Shown one piece after another: positions 10,101-19,132 of a stretch of 64,000 bases of DNA. Numbering within the stretch: the first letter of the stretch is position 1; every line of letters begins with the position of its first letter. Where the stretch lies: assembly GCA_016867725.1 (NCBI GenBank), contig VGIX01000002.1, forward strand, positions 36,314 through 100,313, given 5' to 3'. Source of the DNA: Candidatus Effluviviaceae Genus I sp. Its GTDB lineage: Bacteria > Joyebacterota > Joyebacteria > Joyebacterales > Joyebacteraceae. A program made the position numbers and the translations under genes. The notes beneath the pieces are model-generated. The model was given only the letters and a program-made list of their open reading frames with translations. It was not told the DNA's origin and did not search any database.

Positions 10101-13100
10101 CGAAGATCAACGGGACGGAGCGGAACGAGCGGCTGGACACCGAGGACCTGAACGGGAACTGGTACCTGGACACCGAGAGCAGGTACTGGGAGATCGAGAT
10201 CGACCTGTCGGATCCCACGTACGTAGTGCAGGACAACGGCGACCTCGTGAGCGGCAACCACTGGCGGCTCTACCGGGTGCCGCTGGACAGGGCCGTCCCG
10301 GTGAACGGGATGGCCGACTGGGTTGCGGTGAAGTCGGCGCGCGTGTGGCTCACCGGGCTCAGGCAGGGCGGCCTCCCGCTCATGATCGGTTCCATGGACA
10401 TCGTGGGAAGCCAGTGGGAGGCCGACGGCATCCGGGACTCGACGGGTGCGGTCGTTCCCGAAGCCCAGATGGGGAACATGAGCTTCCGGGTCACCGCGAA
10501 GAACACCAAGGAGAACGCGGACTACTACCCGCCGTTCGCCGTCGAGATCAACGAGGAGACCGGGATCCCCGAGCGCGAGCAGTCGCTCGTTCTCCTCTAC
10601 GAGAACATCGAGTCCGGCTTCAGCGGCGCCGCGCGGAAGGTGTACTACTCCGACGATGACTACACGGGGTACGAGTCCCTTGAGCTGTTCGTCCACGGGA
10701 GCGCGGGGATCGACCCGGGATCGGTGTTCTTCGTCCGCATCGGCGCCGACACGGTCAACTACTACGAGTACAGCTTCGAGGTGAGCCCGGGGTGGCGGCA
10801 GCGGTTCGGCTCGCTCTCGAACAGCCTGATCGTGCCGCTGACCTCCTTCAGCGATCTCAAGCTCCCTCCGTTCGACACGGCGGACGCGGCTGAGGTCCTT
10901 GGAGACACGACCTCGGTGAAGCGCGAGACGTTCAGGCGGGTGGGGTGGCCGTCGCTGTCCAGGGTGCGCAGGCTCATGGTGGGGGTGCGGAACGCGTGGG
11001 CCGACTCGCTGAGCAGGGACGTGTCGGGCGAGATCTGGGTGGACGACATCAGGCTCACGAACGTCCGCAAGGAGATCGGCTTCGCGGAGCGCGCGACGGT
11101 CAACGTGAGGATGGCGGATCTCGCCGAGCTCAACGTCGACGCCCGCTTCGTGGATCGCGACTTCCATTCGATCAAGCAGACGAGGGGGAGCGGGCAGGAC
11201 AACGCGAGCTACAACGTCACCGGTACGGTGAACGCGGACCGCTTCGTGAGCGCACTCGGCATCGCGGTGCCGGTCAACGTCGTGTGGAGGCGTTCGGTGT
11301 CCCGTCCGCGCTTCTCGACCGGGTCCGACATCGTGTTGGGCGCGGAGGACAGCGACCGCGAGCGCACGGAGAGCGCGGAGCGCAGCGTCGCCGTGTCCTT
11401 CTCCAGGAAGCGGCAGTCGCCGGACTTCTGGACTCATCTCCTCATGGACGGTCTGTCGCTCCGTGCCTCGGCGGCCGCCACCGAGCGCCGGGCTCCGACG
11501 CGGATCGACACGACGGGGGCACTTCGCGGACGGTTGGCCTACCGGTACTCGCCTGAGCGGACGGGGATGACGCTCTATCGGAGCACGAAGCTCTTCCTCA
11601 AGCCCACGAGCTTCCGCTTCGGCGTCGAGTCGCAGGTGTCCAGGAGTCTGAGCTATGACGTCACGCGCTCGGGGTCGCAGACGCTCAGAGCCGACACGCA
11701 CGACAAGAAGCTCGACGCGGACGCGGGCGTTGACTTCCAGCTGCTCGACAACCTCTCCACGTCGCATTCCGTGACCGCGCGGCGCGATCTTGCCCTGCAG
11801 AGCCGGCCGTGGGCGGGCGTGAACATCGGGACGGAGACGCAGCGGCAGTACAGCAACAGCCTGAGCTTCAACCCGAAGTTCGGCGCCTGGCTTTCACCTC
11901 AATACAGCTTCAGCTCCACGTACACCGACAACCACGGACCGGAGGTCCAGCGCGCGGGAGACCCGTGGGGGGTCCACGACCTGCGCGCGCAGACGACCCA
12001 GCAGATCTCGGCCAGCTTCGACCTGAAGAAGATCTTCGGCGTCGGCGCGCCTCACCCGCCCCGCCCGGAGCCGGGAAGGGAGGCGGCCGGCCGCGGGGAG
12101 CGGGGCGGCCCTCCGAGGCCCGAAGGCGAGGAGCGACCGGACGAGGAGACCCCTCCGGAAGAGCCGGCTCCGGAGCAGCCGACTCCTGAGCAGAGGCAGG
12201 AAGAGGAAGCGGGGCCCGATCTGCGGAGACTCCTCGACCCCGTGCTGGCGTTCGTGCGCAACATGGACGCCATCGAGGGCAGGCACACGGTGCGGTGGAG
12301 CTCGCGATTCGACCGCGTGCCGCCGGACCGAGTGCCCGGGTGGCAGTATCGCCTGGGCCTCTTGCCCGGCGAGGGAGCGGATGACCGCACCGAGGAGCGG
12401 TCTCTCGACCTGGGGACCGGGGCGAAGCTCACGCAGGACATCCGTCTCAAGGCCGACTACAAGCGTTCCGTGACCGGGCGATGGTACAGGAACACCGTTG
12501 CCGACTCGGTGAACCTCCTGTCGGCGACCGAGGGTGTGACCCAGACCCGCAAGGCGACGCTGTCGTGGGGGGGCATCGAGAGGATCGGTCCGCTCAAGAC
12601 GGTGTTCACGACCGTTCGCGCGCGCAGCGGCGTCGAGTTCAAGTCATCGTACTCGGGGCCCGAAAACGAGCCGACGACGAGAGGCGATGGGCTCGCCCTT
12701 GCGCCGCTCGTCTCGATCGAGACCACGTTCAAGAACGGGCTTTCGGGGAACCTGTCGTGGGAGCGCAGGCGCTCGAGGAACTACAGCCTGCGCGGAGTCG
12801 GGTCCGTCACCGAGGACGAGGCGAGCTCCACAAGCCTCGCCCTCAAGTACCGGTTCTCCGCGCCGCAGGGTCTCAGGCTGCCGTTCTTCGGGGAGAAGCT
12901 GAAGTTCCAGAGCAATCTGGACTGCTCGCTCACGCTCAAGACGTCGGCGAGGGTGTCGCGGACGGCCATGGATGAGGCCGGGCTCGTGCTGGCGGCCCCG
13001 ACCTCCTCGGTCAAGGACTTCTCGATCGCCGGGGACGCGACCTACAGCTTCTCCAGGAGCGTGTCCGGGGGGCTTCAGATCACCTTCTCTCAGAGCCGCG

Positions 13101-13165
13101 ACGAGAAGCGCGATCAGACGCGGAGGACCATAGGGGTGCACCTGACGGCCGAGTTCAAGTTCTGA
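7103..13165 (+). CDS. Giant outer-membrane beta-barrel protein, SprA-like (candidate type IX secretion translocon), 2020 aa
   Basis: Cleavable signal peptide MGLRRAVTLVLLALSAALAPPRVTAHG. About 2000 aa with amphipathic beta-strand periodicity throughout. The C-terminus ends ...HLTAEFKF, an aromatic OMP beta-signal. The size matches the SprA/Sov family. The upstream 5924-7102 part of the track ORF is rejected because it overlaps lptF and the promoter. Confidence 0.5.
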   Translation: MGLRRAVTLVLLALSAALAPPRVTAHGEAADPELPAAQTAAVDSLFLLPQELDQGPFLPAAPDTVSEAPAEPVETSVRPEMRPWAGRGVPVKVPFQFFRPWSVGPASIRRGLSPGWTALPSAAPSGAPFERRLAVDLAGRAAIVTRAGTAASFTSYAAPLPEYERAIRGVSARDAWGSTVTRKLKEQSARSSRGLLDIDIPMPLPEPIVRAIGAGANLKVRGSERITFGGRTSYLVDALDQESGPPSKWPQLDMQQQLTVNLEGTIGDKIHVYVDHRSGGTSYGTGKANQIRVRYEGEEDEVLQTIELGEVNLSLPGAEFVSYSGSQEGLFGAKMTAKLGKLDVVGIASKAEGKSAGASFAGTSEADSLTIKDIAYKARTYYAIDSDVLKYANVGLRSVRVYVDDRNGANDLTTGASPGRAYLTAPAGSVPPPTGPSQRGMFDELVELQDYLVDYGSGILEFLSPVNANHVLAVSYVRLDGGAVGGHDGDTLRIKLIKKDDRVAGTPWEPVRLHELKNVYDLGATNIPEDGFALEIRKRTPSGEILDNQDGVPYVRILGLDTHGPGGGGDPDGVVDREWIDFEKGHLFFPHFTPFCPEYDATDFYYAPGGGPDPIYTADELDPKNCAVYSREVFLPGDDVYFLVVKYDRPRTTFYLGQMNIIENSEVVRLNGVALTRGVDYTIYYPAGQLTLLSEEAKQPDARVTVDFDYQPFGIGGEKTLLGVRGLYNWSENVKLGTTWMYQSKGAPEDRPRLGEEPSRTVLGDVNLTATFAPGVLTRIADAVPLVSTDAPSKVTVSAEAAVCVPDPNTKGFVTIDDMEGVKNVNMLGVTRRLWTWASVPAATGVAAEDRMRISWYNPDRKVREGDLHPELTGQEANDIRTVLEIDYDAAAPSSSWAGLMRLLSKTGMDYSRDEFIEVWVHDNGYREGKLLIDLGTVSEDFYPLLAPNGTLDSEDVDQNGFDASEDTGLDRVVGVDGQNVPGDDGDDDYEYTYGTSDYSKINGTERNERLDTEDLNGNWYLDTESRYWEIEIDLSDPTYVVQDNGDLVSGNHWRLYRVPLDRAVPVNGMADWVAVKSARVWLTGLRQGGLPLMIGSMDIVGSQWEADGIRDSTGAVVPEAQMGNMSFRVTAKNTKENADYYPPFAVEINEETGIPEREQSLVLLYENIESGFSGAARKVYYSDDDYTGYESLELFVHGSAGIDPGSVFFVRIGADTVNYYEYSFEVSPGWRQRFGSLSNSLIVPLTSFSDLKLPPFDTADAAEVLGDTTSVKRETFRRVGWPSLSRVRRLMVGVRNAWADSLSRDVSGEIWVDDIRLTNVRKEIGFAERATVNVRMADLAELNVDARFVDRDFHSIKQTRGSGQDNASYNVTGTVNADRFVSALGIAVPVNVVWRRSVSRPRFSTGSDIVLGAEDSDRERTESAERSVAVSFSRKRQSPDFWTHLLMDGLSLRASAAATERRAPTRIDTTGALRGRLAYRYSPERTGMTLYRSTKLFLKPTSFRFGVESQVSRSLSYDVTRSGSQTLRADTHDKKLDADAGVDFQLLDNLSTSHSVTARRDLALQSRPWAGVNIGTETQRQYSNSLSFNPKFGAWLSPQYSFSSTYTDNHGPEVQRAGDPWGVHDLRAQTTQQISASFDLKKIFGVGAPHPPRPEPGREAAGRGERGGPPRPEGEERPDEETPPEEPAPEQPTPEQRQEEEAGPDLRRLLDPVLAFVRNMDAIEGRHTVRWSSRFDRVPPDRVPGWQYRLGLLPGEGADDRTEERSLDLGTGAKLTQDIRLKADYKRSVTGRWYRNTVADSVNLLSATEGVTQTRKATLSWGGIERIGPLKTVFTTVRARSGVEFKSSYSGPENEPTTRGDGLALAPLVSIETTFKNGLSGNLSWERRRSRNYSLRGVGSVTEDEASSTSLALKYRFSAPQGLRLPFFGEKLKFQSNLDCSLTLKTSARVSRTAMDEAGLVLAAPTSSVKDFSIAGDATYSFSRSVSGGLQITFSQSRDEKRDQTRRTIGVHLTAEFKF

Positions 13166-14100
13166 TGCGGATGACCCGAGCACGCGAGACCCGGCGGCGT
13201 TGCGCGCGCCGAAGGCGCGGCGGCCGTCTGGTCGCCGTCGCGCTCGCGGCGGCGTGGGCGGCCACGCTGACGGGGTGCGGGCGGCCGCAGTTCGACGGGG
13301 AGCGCGCGTTCCGCTTCCTGGAGCGCCAGTGCGCGATGGGGCCGCGCGCGCCGGGCAGCGCCGGCCACGCTGAGGCGGAGCGCTGGCTCATCGAGACGCT
13401 CGAGGGGCTCGCCGACGAGGTGGCGGTCCAGCGGTTCACCGCCGTCTCCCGCGGGCGTGAGGTGGGTTTCGCGAACGTCATCGCGTCGTTCAGACCGGCG
13501 GCCCGGGAACGGGTCCTGTTCGCGACGCACTGGGACACGCGGCCGGTGGCAGACCTCGACCCGGACCCCGCGCGGCGGGGAACGCCGATCCCCGGGGCGA
13601 ACGACGGCGCCTCCGGAACGGCCGTGTTGCTGGAGCTCGCGACGCTCATGAGCGAACGGCCGCCGAAGGTCGGCGTCGATCTGGTGTTCTTCGACGGGGA
13701 GGACGGCGGAGGGGCCGGCGGGCTTGCGGGGTGGTGCCTCGGGTCGACGCACTACGCGGCCCGCCTCGGCGACTACTGCCCGCGCCTCGCGGTCGTCGTA
13801 GACATGGTCGGCGACGCGGACCTCTCCATTCCCGTGGAGCCCAACTCTCTGGCCGGCGCTCCCGAGGCGGTGGCGACCGTCTGGGCTGCGGCGCGGCGGG
13901 CCGGCTCCCTCGCCTTCGAGGACCGGCGGGGGCGGGCCATGTTCGACGACCACATCCCGCTCCTCAGGGCCGGGCTCCCGGCCGTGCTCGTCATCGATGC
14001 GGAGTACGAGTTCTGGCACACTCTCGCGGATACGCCGGACAAGTGCAGCCCGCGCAGCCTCACCGAGGTCGGGCGCGTGCTGGTCCGGCTGACCCACTAG
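13165..14100 (+). CDS. Glutaminyl-peptide cyclotransferase-like M28 zinc enzyme, lipoprotein
   Basis: Lipobox AATLTGCG. HWDTRPVAD, GANDGASGTAVLLELA, VFFDGEDGG, DDHIPLLRAGLPAVLVI and WHTLADTP align with the QC motifs FFDGEEAF, DDHIPFLRRGVPVLHLI and WHTMDDN. The start overlaps the SprA-like stop (TGATG). Confidence 0.75.
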   Translation: MRMTRARETRRRCARRRRGGRLVAVALAAAWAATLTGCGRPQFDGERAFRFLERQCAMGPRAPGSAGHAEAERWLIETLEGLADEVAVQRFTAVSRGREVGFANVIASFRPAARERVLFATHWDTRPVADLDPDPARRGTPIPGANDGASGTAVLLELATLMSERPPKVGVDLVFFDGEDGGGAGGLAGWCLGSTHYAARLGDYCPRLAVVVDMVGDADLSIPVEPNSLAGAPEAVATVWAAARRAGSLAFEDRRGRAMFDDHIPLLRAGLPAVLVIDAEYEFWHTLADTPDKCSPRSLTEVGRVLVRLTH

Positions 14101-14147
14101 CCTCTGAGCGGGCCCGCAGGGGGCCATGCGTCCTCCCAACTTTGCCC

Positions 14148-14176
14148 TTGCCGGAAACCGGCCCTCGTGCTAGCTT
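14148..14176 (+). promoter_or_regulatory. Promoter of the rimP-nusA-infB operon (TTGCCG-N17-TAGCTT, extended -10 TGcTAGCTT)
   Basis: TTGCCGgaaaccggccctcgtgcTAGCTTggtc. The decamer GTGCTAGCTT is also found upstream of rpsO. Confidence 0.45.
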
Positions 14177-14236
14177 GGTCGTCGGGAAGTGGGCGGGAGC
14201 CCACTTTCTCGGTATTGGGCCCCGGGGGGGAGAGCC

Positions 14237-14749
14237 ATGGCCAAGGACGAGGAGAGGCTCTTCGAGCTTGCCCGCGGCACCGTCGAGGGCATGGGGTACT
14301 GCCTCGTCGCCGTCGAGGACCGGCCCGAGCACGGCCGGCGGGTGCTGCGGTTCATCATCGACCACCCCCGTGGCATCGGGATCGAGGACTGCGCGGCGGT
14401 GAGCCGCGAGCTCGGCTACGTGCTCGACGGGGCGTCGGGCATCGACGAGCGGTACGCCCTGGAGGTAAGCTCGCCGGGAACCGACAGGGAGCTTCGGACC
14501 GAGCGGGAGTACCTGCACTTCGCCGGGCGGGAGGTCCGCATGGTCTTGCGCGAGCCTGTGGGCGGCAGGTCCGTCGTCCAGGGGACGATCGTCGGCGTGG
14601 GCCCCGACGGCGTGCGCGTGAGGCCGCGCGGGGAGGCCGAGGACGTCGTCGTGCCGCTCGGCGGCATTTCCCGCGCAAGGCTCGTCGGCGAGGAGAAACC
14701 GCGTCCCGAAGCGGTTCGGGACGCTCCATCACGAGGGTGCGGTTCATGA
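14237..14749 (+). CDS. rimP: Ribosome maturation factor RimP
   Basis: LEVSSPGTDRELRTEREY motif (DUF150). RBS GGGGGGAGAG lies before the ATG at 14237. Stop overlaps the nusA start (ATGA). Confidence 0.8.
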   Translation: MAKDEERLFELARGTVEGMGYCLVAVEDRPEHGRRVLRFIIDHPRGIGIEDCAAVSRELGYVLDGASGIDERYALEVSSPGTDRELRTEREYLHFAGREVRMVLREPVGGRSVVQGTIVGVGPDGVRVRPRGEAEDVVVPLGGISRARLVGEEKPRPEAVRDAPSRGCGS

Positions 14750-16248
14750 ACACGGGTGTCCTGGAGGCTCTGAGGAGGATGGCGAGGGAGAAGCAGCTGG
14801 ACCAGGCGCTTCTCATGGAGGCGCTCGAGGCCGGGCTTCTCTCGGCTGCGCGGAAGAAGTACGGGCTCGAGGCCGGTGTCGAGGTGGTCGTCGACGACAA
14901 ACACGACACGCTGGGGGTCTACCTCAAGAAGGCCGTCGTGGAAGAGACGGACGACGACGTCATGGAAATCGAGCTCGACGAAGCGCGCGAGATCGATCCG
15001 AGCGCCACGGTGGGGGACACCGTCAGGGTCGAGGTGCCCTTCGACGAGTTCGGGCGCAACGCCGTGCAGGCCGCCAAGCAGATCGTCGTGCAGCGCGTCC
15101 GCGAGGCGGAGCGCGAGCAGATCTACGACGAGTACCAGGACCGGATCGGCGAGATCGTGACCGGTGACGTGCAGCAGATCGAGCGAGGCGGGATCGTCGT
15201 GAACCTTGGGCGGACCGAGGCGCTGCTGCCGGCGAGGGAGCAGATCCGTCGGGAGCGATACCGCCAGGGAGACAGGGTGCGCGCCTACCTCCTGTCCGTG
15301 GAGAAGACGACCAAGGGGCCCCAGATCATCCTGTCGCGAACGCAGCCCAACTTCCTCAAGAAGCTCTTCCGGATGGAGGTGCCCGAGATCTACGACTCGG
15401 TCGTCGAGATCATGGCGATCGCGCGGGAGGCCGGCGGCCGCTCCAAGGTCGCCGTTGCGTCGCACGACGAGCGCGTCGATCCGGTCGGCGCGTGCGTCGG
15501 CGTCAAGGGCTCCCGGATCCAGACGATCGTCCGCGAGCTCTCCGGAGAGAAGATCGACATCGTGCCGTGGAGCTCCGACCCGTCCGTGCTCGTGTCGAGG
15601 GCCCTCAACCCGGCCAAGGTCTCGAAGGCCATCCTCAACGACGCGGAGCACTCCGTGCGCGTGATCGTGCCGGACGACCAGCTCTCTCTCGCGATCGGCA
15701 AGGGCGGGCAGAACGCTCGACTGGCCGCGAAGCTGACCGGGTGGAAGATCGACATCGTCGGCGAGACGGAGCATGCCAGGGACCTCGAGATCGGCCTCGC
15801 GCAGCGCGTCGGCGTTGGAGAGCTGCCCGGCGTGGGCCCCAAGTTGGCGGCGGCGCTCGCCGTGGCGGGCTATCGTTACGTCAGGGACCTGGACGGCGTG
15901 ACGACCGAGGACCTCCTCAAGGTGCCGGGTGTCGGCGAGAAGACCGCGGAGAAGATATCCATTTCGGTCGCCGCGGTCCTCGAGGTTCTCGAGGAGGAGA
16001 AGCAGGAGATGCTCCGCGAGATGGAGGAGCGTGCCCGCGCTGAGGCGATGCGCCGCGCTGAGGCTCAGGAGCCGCGCTACGACGCGGAGCCGTCGGAGCC
16101 GGGCGAGGCGGACGCCGAAGGGGAAGAGCCCGAGGAGGGCGCGGAGGAGGGCGACGACGCTGCGCCCGCCGACGCCAGCGACGAAGGCGCAGTGGAGCAG
16201 GGCGAAGCCGCCGCGACGGAGGGCGAAGCCCAGCCTGAGGAGCGGTAG
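14746..16248 (+). CDS. nusA: Transcription termination/antitermination factor NusA
   Basis: MNTGVLEALRRMAREKQLDQALLMEALEAGL. S1, KH (LAIGKGGQNARLAAKLTGWKIDI) and HhH regions are present. Acidic C-terminal tail. Confidence 0.9.
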   Translation: MNTGVLEALRRMAREKQLDQALLMEALEAGLLSAARKKYGLEAGVEVVVDDKHDTLGVYLKKAVVEETDDDVMEIELDEAREIDPSATVGDTVRVEVPFDEFGRNAVQAAKQIVVQRVREAEREQIYDEYQDRIGEIVTGDVQQIERGGIVVNLGRTEALLPAREQIRRERYRQGDRVRAYLLSVEKTTKGPQIILSRTQPNFLKKLFRMEVPEIYDSVVEIMAIAREAGGRSKVAVASHDERVDPVGACVGVKGSRIQTIVRELSGEKIDIVPWSSDPSVLVSRALNPAKVSKAILNDAEHSVRVIVPDDQLSLAIGKGGQNARLAAKLTGWKIDIVGETEHARDLEIGLAQRVGVGELPGVGPKLAAALAVAGYRYVRDLDGVTTEDLLKVPGVGEKTAEKISISVAAVLEVLEEEKQEMLREMEERARAEAMRRAEAQEPRYDAEPSEPGEADAEGEEPEEGAEEGDDAAPADASDEGAVEQGEAAATEGEAQPEER

Positions 16249-16291
16249 CGCACGCCGAGCGCCCGTTCGGGTCGAGCGATGGAGGTTGCGG

Positions 16292-18802
16292 GTGACGAAG
16301 AAGCGCATCTATCAGGTGGCCAAGGAGTTCCGCATCTCGAGCGAGGCCCTCGTCGGCATGCTCAAGAAGCTCGGCGTTGACGCGGCGAGCCACATGAACA
16401 CGATCGAGGACGACGAGATCGAGAGGGCCCGGGCCGAGTTCGAGAAGGAAAAGGAAGCGCTGAAGCGGGAGTACGCCAAGAAGCTCAAGCGGGCGGTGAA
16501 GGAGAAGGCGGCGGCCCCGGCTTCGGGCGCGGCGCGTGCGACGGCTCCGGCCCCGCCCCCCGGAGGAGCCAAGGAGCCTCCTGCCCATGAGCCCCCTCCC
16601 GCACGGACCCCGACGGCCACGGCGAAGTCTGCACCCACACCGGTCGTTCCCAGGTACGTCAAGCCGGTGCTCCCGGTCGGCGGCATCCCGGTCGTGAAGC
16701 GGATCGAACGACCGGCGGCCGCGCCCCGTGAGGGGGCGGCCGCGCAGCCGGCGGCGCCCGAGAAGAGGAAGGGGGCGCAACGCTCGGTGGAGCCTCCCCC
16801 CCCGGCCGGACCGGGGCCCGTGGGAGCGGACGCCCTGAGGGCGACGCTGGCGGCGCGCGAAGCGGCCGAGGCCCTCGCGAAGAAGAAGCGCCGCAGAAGA
16901 CCGCGGATCGACCAGAAGAGCGTCGAGGACACGGTGCGACGGACGCTCGCCGGGACGCTGGACCAGAGAGGGAGGCGAAGGCACAGGAGGGATCGCGACG
17001 AGGGAGAGGACGTCGAGGGGACCGTGGAGGAGAGGATCCCGATCCCAGAGTTCTCCTCGGTCGCGGAGTTCGCTGAGCGGCTCGGTGTTCCGGCGAACGA
17101 CGTCATCAAGAAGTGCATGGACCTGGGGCTTCTCGTCACGATCAACCAGAGGCTGGACGAAGACACGATCCTCCTGCTCGCCGACGAGTTCGACGCGGAC
17201 GTCGAGTTCATCCACGAGTACGGCGAGGACATCCTCGAGGACGCGCTCGAGAAGGCGGTCGTGGCGGCGGAGCTGGTGCCGCGCGCGCCCGTGGTGGCGG
17301 TGATGGGACACGTGGATCACGGCAAGACGCTGCTCCTCGACTACATCCGGCGGACGAACGTCGTGGCGGGCGAGGCCGGCGGCATCACGCAGCACATCGG
17401 CGCGTACGAGGTCTCGCACGGCGGAAAGGGCATCACGTTCCTCGACACGCCGGGTCATGAGGCCTTCACCGCCATGCGCGCGAGGGGCGCGCAGGTCACC
17501 GACGTCGTCGTGCTCGTCGTCGCCGCCACGGAGGGGGTGATGCCCCAGACGCTCGAGGCGATCGACCACGCGAAGGCCGCGGGCGTCCCCGTGATCGTGG
17601 CCGTCAACAAGATCGACCTCCCGGCGGCGAATCCCGACAAGGTCAAGACCGAGCTCGCCAACGCGGGGCTCACGGTGGAGGAGTGGGGCGGTGGCACGGT
17701 GGCGGTCGAGACGTCGGCGAAGAGCGGACTCGGAGTGGACAAGCTCCTGGACATGGTCGTGCTGCAGTCGGAGCTCCTCGAGCTTCGGTCCACGCCAGAT
17801 GGCCCGGCGCGAGGCGTCGTCATCGAGGTGGAGAAGGAGAGGGGGCGGGGCGTCGTCACGACCGTTCTCATCGAGGCGGGCACGCTCAGGGTGGGCGACC
17901 CGTTCGTCGTCGGGCTGGCCGACGGCAAGGTGCGGGCGCTGTACAGCGACCGCGGCGTCTCCCTGGAAACGGCGGGCCCGTCGACGCCCGTCCGGGTGTC
18001 CGGTCTCACGGGCGTCCCGCAGGCCGGCGACGTGCTGGCGGTCGTCTCGGACGAGCGCCTTGCCCGCGACATCAGCGCGAAGCGCCGCCAGCAGCAGTGG
18101 GAGCGGCAGACGCGATTCGAGCATCGGGTGACGCTGGAGGACCTCCACAAGCAGATCGCCGTCGGCGCCGTCAAGGAGCTGGGGATCATCATCAAGGGCG
18201 ACGTGGACGGCTCGGTGGGGGCGCTCGCGGACGCGCTCGAGAAGCTGTCGACGCCCGAGGTCAAGGTCGTCGTCATCCGCAAGGCGGTCGGCGCCGTCAC
18301 CGAGACGGACGTGCTGCTGGCCGCGGCGTCCAACGCGATCATCGTCGGGTTCCACATCAGCGCAGCGCCGCGGGTGAGGGAACTCGCGAAGCGCGAGCGC
18401 GTGGAGATCAGGCTCTACAAGGTGATCTACGAGGTGGTCGAGGACATCCGCGCGGCGATGGAGGGCCTCCTGGAGCCGGAGCGTCGCGAGGTTCCGGTCG
18501 GCAGGGCGGAGGTGCGCGAGGTCTTCCGCATCCCGAACAGAGGGCTCGTGGCCGGCTGCTACGTCCTCTCGGGATCGGTGAAGCGCGGGTCCCGAGCGCG
18601 CGTGATCCGTGACGAGATGGTGGTGTACGAGGGGACGATCGACTCGCTCAGGCGCTTCAAGGATGATGCGCGCGAGGTGCAGACCGGCTTCGAGTGCGGC
18701 ATCGGCATGGAGGGCCTCGGCGACGTGCAGGCGAACGACCTCATCGAGACCTACGACATCGAGGAGGTCGCTCGGAAGCTGAGCGCGGCGTCCGGGCGCT
18801 AG
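16292..18802 (+). CDS. infB: Translation initiation factor IF-2
   Basis: GTG at 16292 with GGAGG 7 nt upstream. N-terminus MTKKRIYQVAKEFRISSEAL. G-domain AVMGHVDHGKTLLLD...DTPGHEAF...NKID. Ala/Pro-rich linker. Confidence 0.9.
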   Translation: MTKKRIYQVAKEFRISSEALVGMLKKLGVDAASHMNTIEDDEIERARAEFEKEKEALKREYAKKLKRAVKEKAAAPASGAARATAPAPPPGGAKEPPAHEPPPARTPTATAKSAPTPVVPRYVKPVLPVGGIPVVKRIERPAAAPREGAAAQPAAPEKRKGAQRSVEPPPPAGPGPVGADALRATLAAREAAEALAKKKRRRRPRIDQKSVEDTVRRTLAGTLDQRGRRRHRRDRDEGEDVEGTVEERIPIPEFSSVAEFAERLGVPANDVIKKCMDLGLLVTINQRLDEDTILLLADEFDADVEFIHEYGEDILEDALEKAVVAAELVPRAPVVAVMGHVDHGKTLLLDYIRRTNVVAGEAGGITQHIGAYEVSHGGKGITFLDTPGHEAFTAMRARGAQVTDVVVLVVAATEGVMPQTLEAIDHAKAAGVPVIVAVNKIDLPAANPDKVKTELANAGLTVEEWGGGTVAVETSAKSGLGVDKLLDMVVLQSELLELRSTPDGPARGVVIEVEKERGRGVVTTVLIEAGTLRVGDPFVVGLADGKVRALYSDRGVSLETAGPSTPVRVSGLTGVPQAGDVLAVVSDERLARDISAKRRQQQWERQTRFEHRVTLEDLHKQIAVGAVKELGIIIKGDVDGSVGALADALEKLSTPEVKVVVIRKAVGAVTETDVLLAAASNAIIVGFHISAAPRVRELAKRERVEIRLYKVIYEVVEDIRAAMEGLLEPERREVPVGRAEVREVFRIPNRGLVAGCYVLSGSVKRGSRARVIRDEMVVYEGTIDSLRRFKDDAREVQTGFECGIGMEGLGDVQANDLIETYDIEEVARKLSAASGR

Positions 18803-18819
18803 CTGCGAGGGATCTCCCG

Positions 18820-19101
18820 ATGGTCGTGGGTGCGTTGAGACTGCGCCTCTTCATCGGGCAGAGCAACTCGCTCAAGGCCCGCCGGAGCGTCGTGCGGAGC
18901 CTGAAGGACAGGATCAGATCGCGCTTCAACGTCTCGGTCGCCGAGGTGGGCGAGCAGGACCTCTGGCAGAGCGCGGCGATCGGCATCGCGGCTGTTGCGG
19001 CCGACGGCCGCGTCGTCGACGAGGTCCTCGCGGGCGTCGCGAGGCTGGTGGAGTCCGATCCGCGGGTCGAGGTCATCGAGCGCGAGCAGCGCCTGGCGTA
19101 G
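18820..19101 (+). CDS. DUF503 family protein (YlxP-like) of the nusA-infB operon
   Basis: 93 aa, MVVGALRLRLFIGQSNSLKARRSVVRSLKDRIRSRFNVSVAEVGEQDLWQ, which is the typical DUF503 sequence and the typical position between infB and rbfA. Confidence 0.7.
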   Translation: MVVGALRLRLFIGQSNSLKARRSVVRSLKDRIRSRFNVSVAEVGEQDLWQSAAIGIAAVAADGRVVDEVLAGVARLVESDPRVEVIEREQRLA

Positions 19102-19132
19102 CGCGGCGCGGGACCACAGTGCGGAGCGGGTC

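Noticed and set aside
13114-14139. Minus-strand 341-aa ORF overlapping the QC-like gene.
   Set aside because: It lies antisense to a protein with an unambiguous glutaminyl-cyclase motif set and lipobox. It has no start context and looks like a composition artefact.
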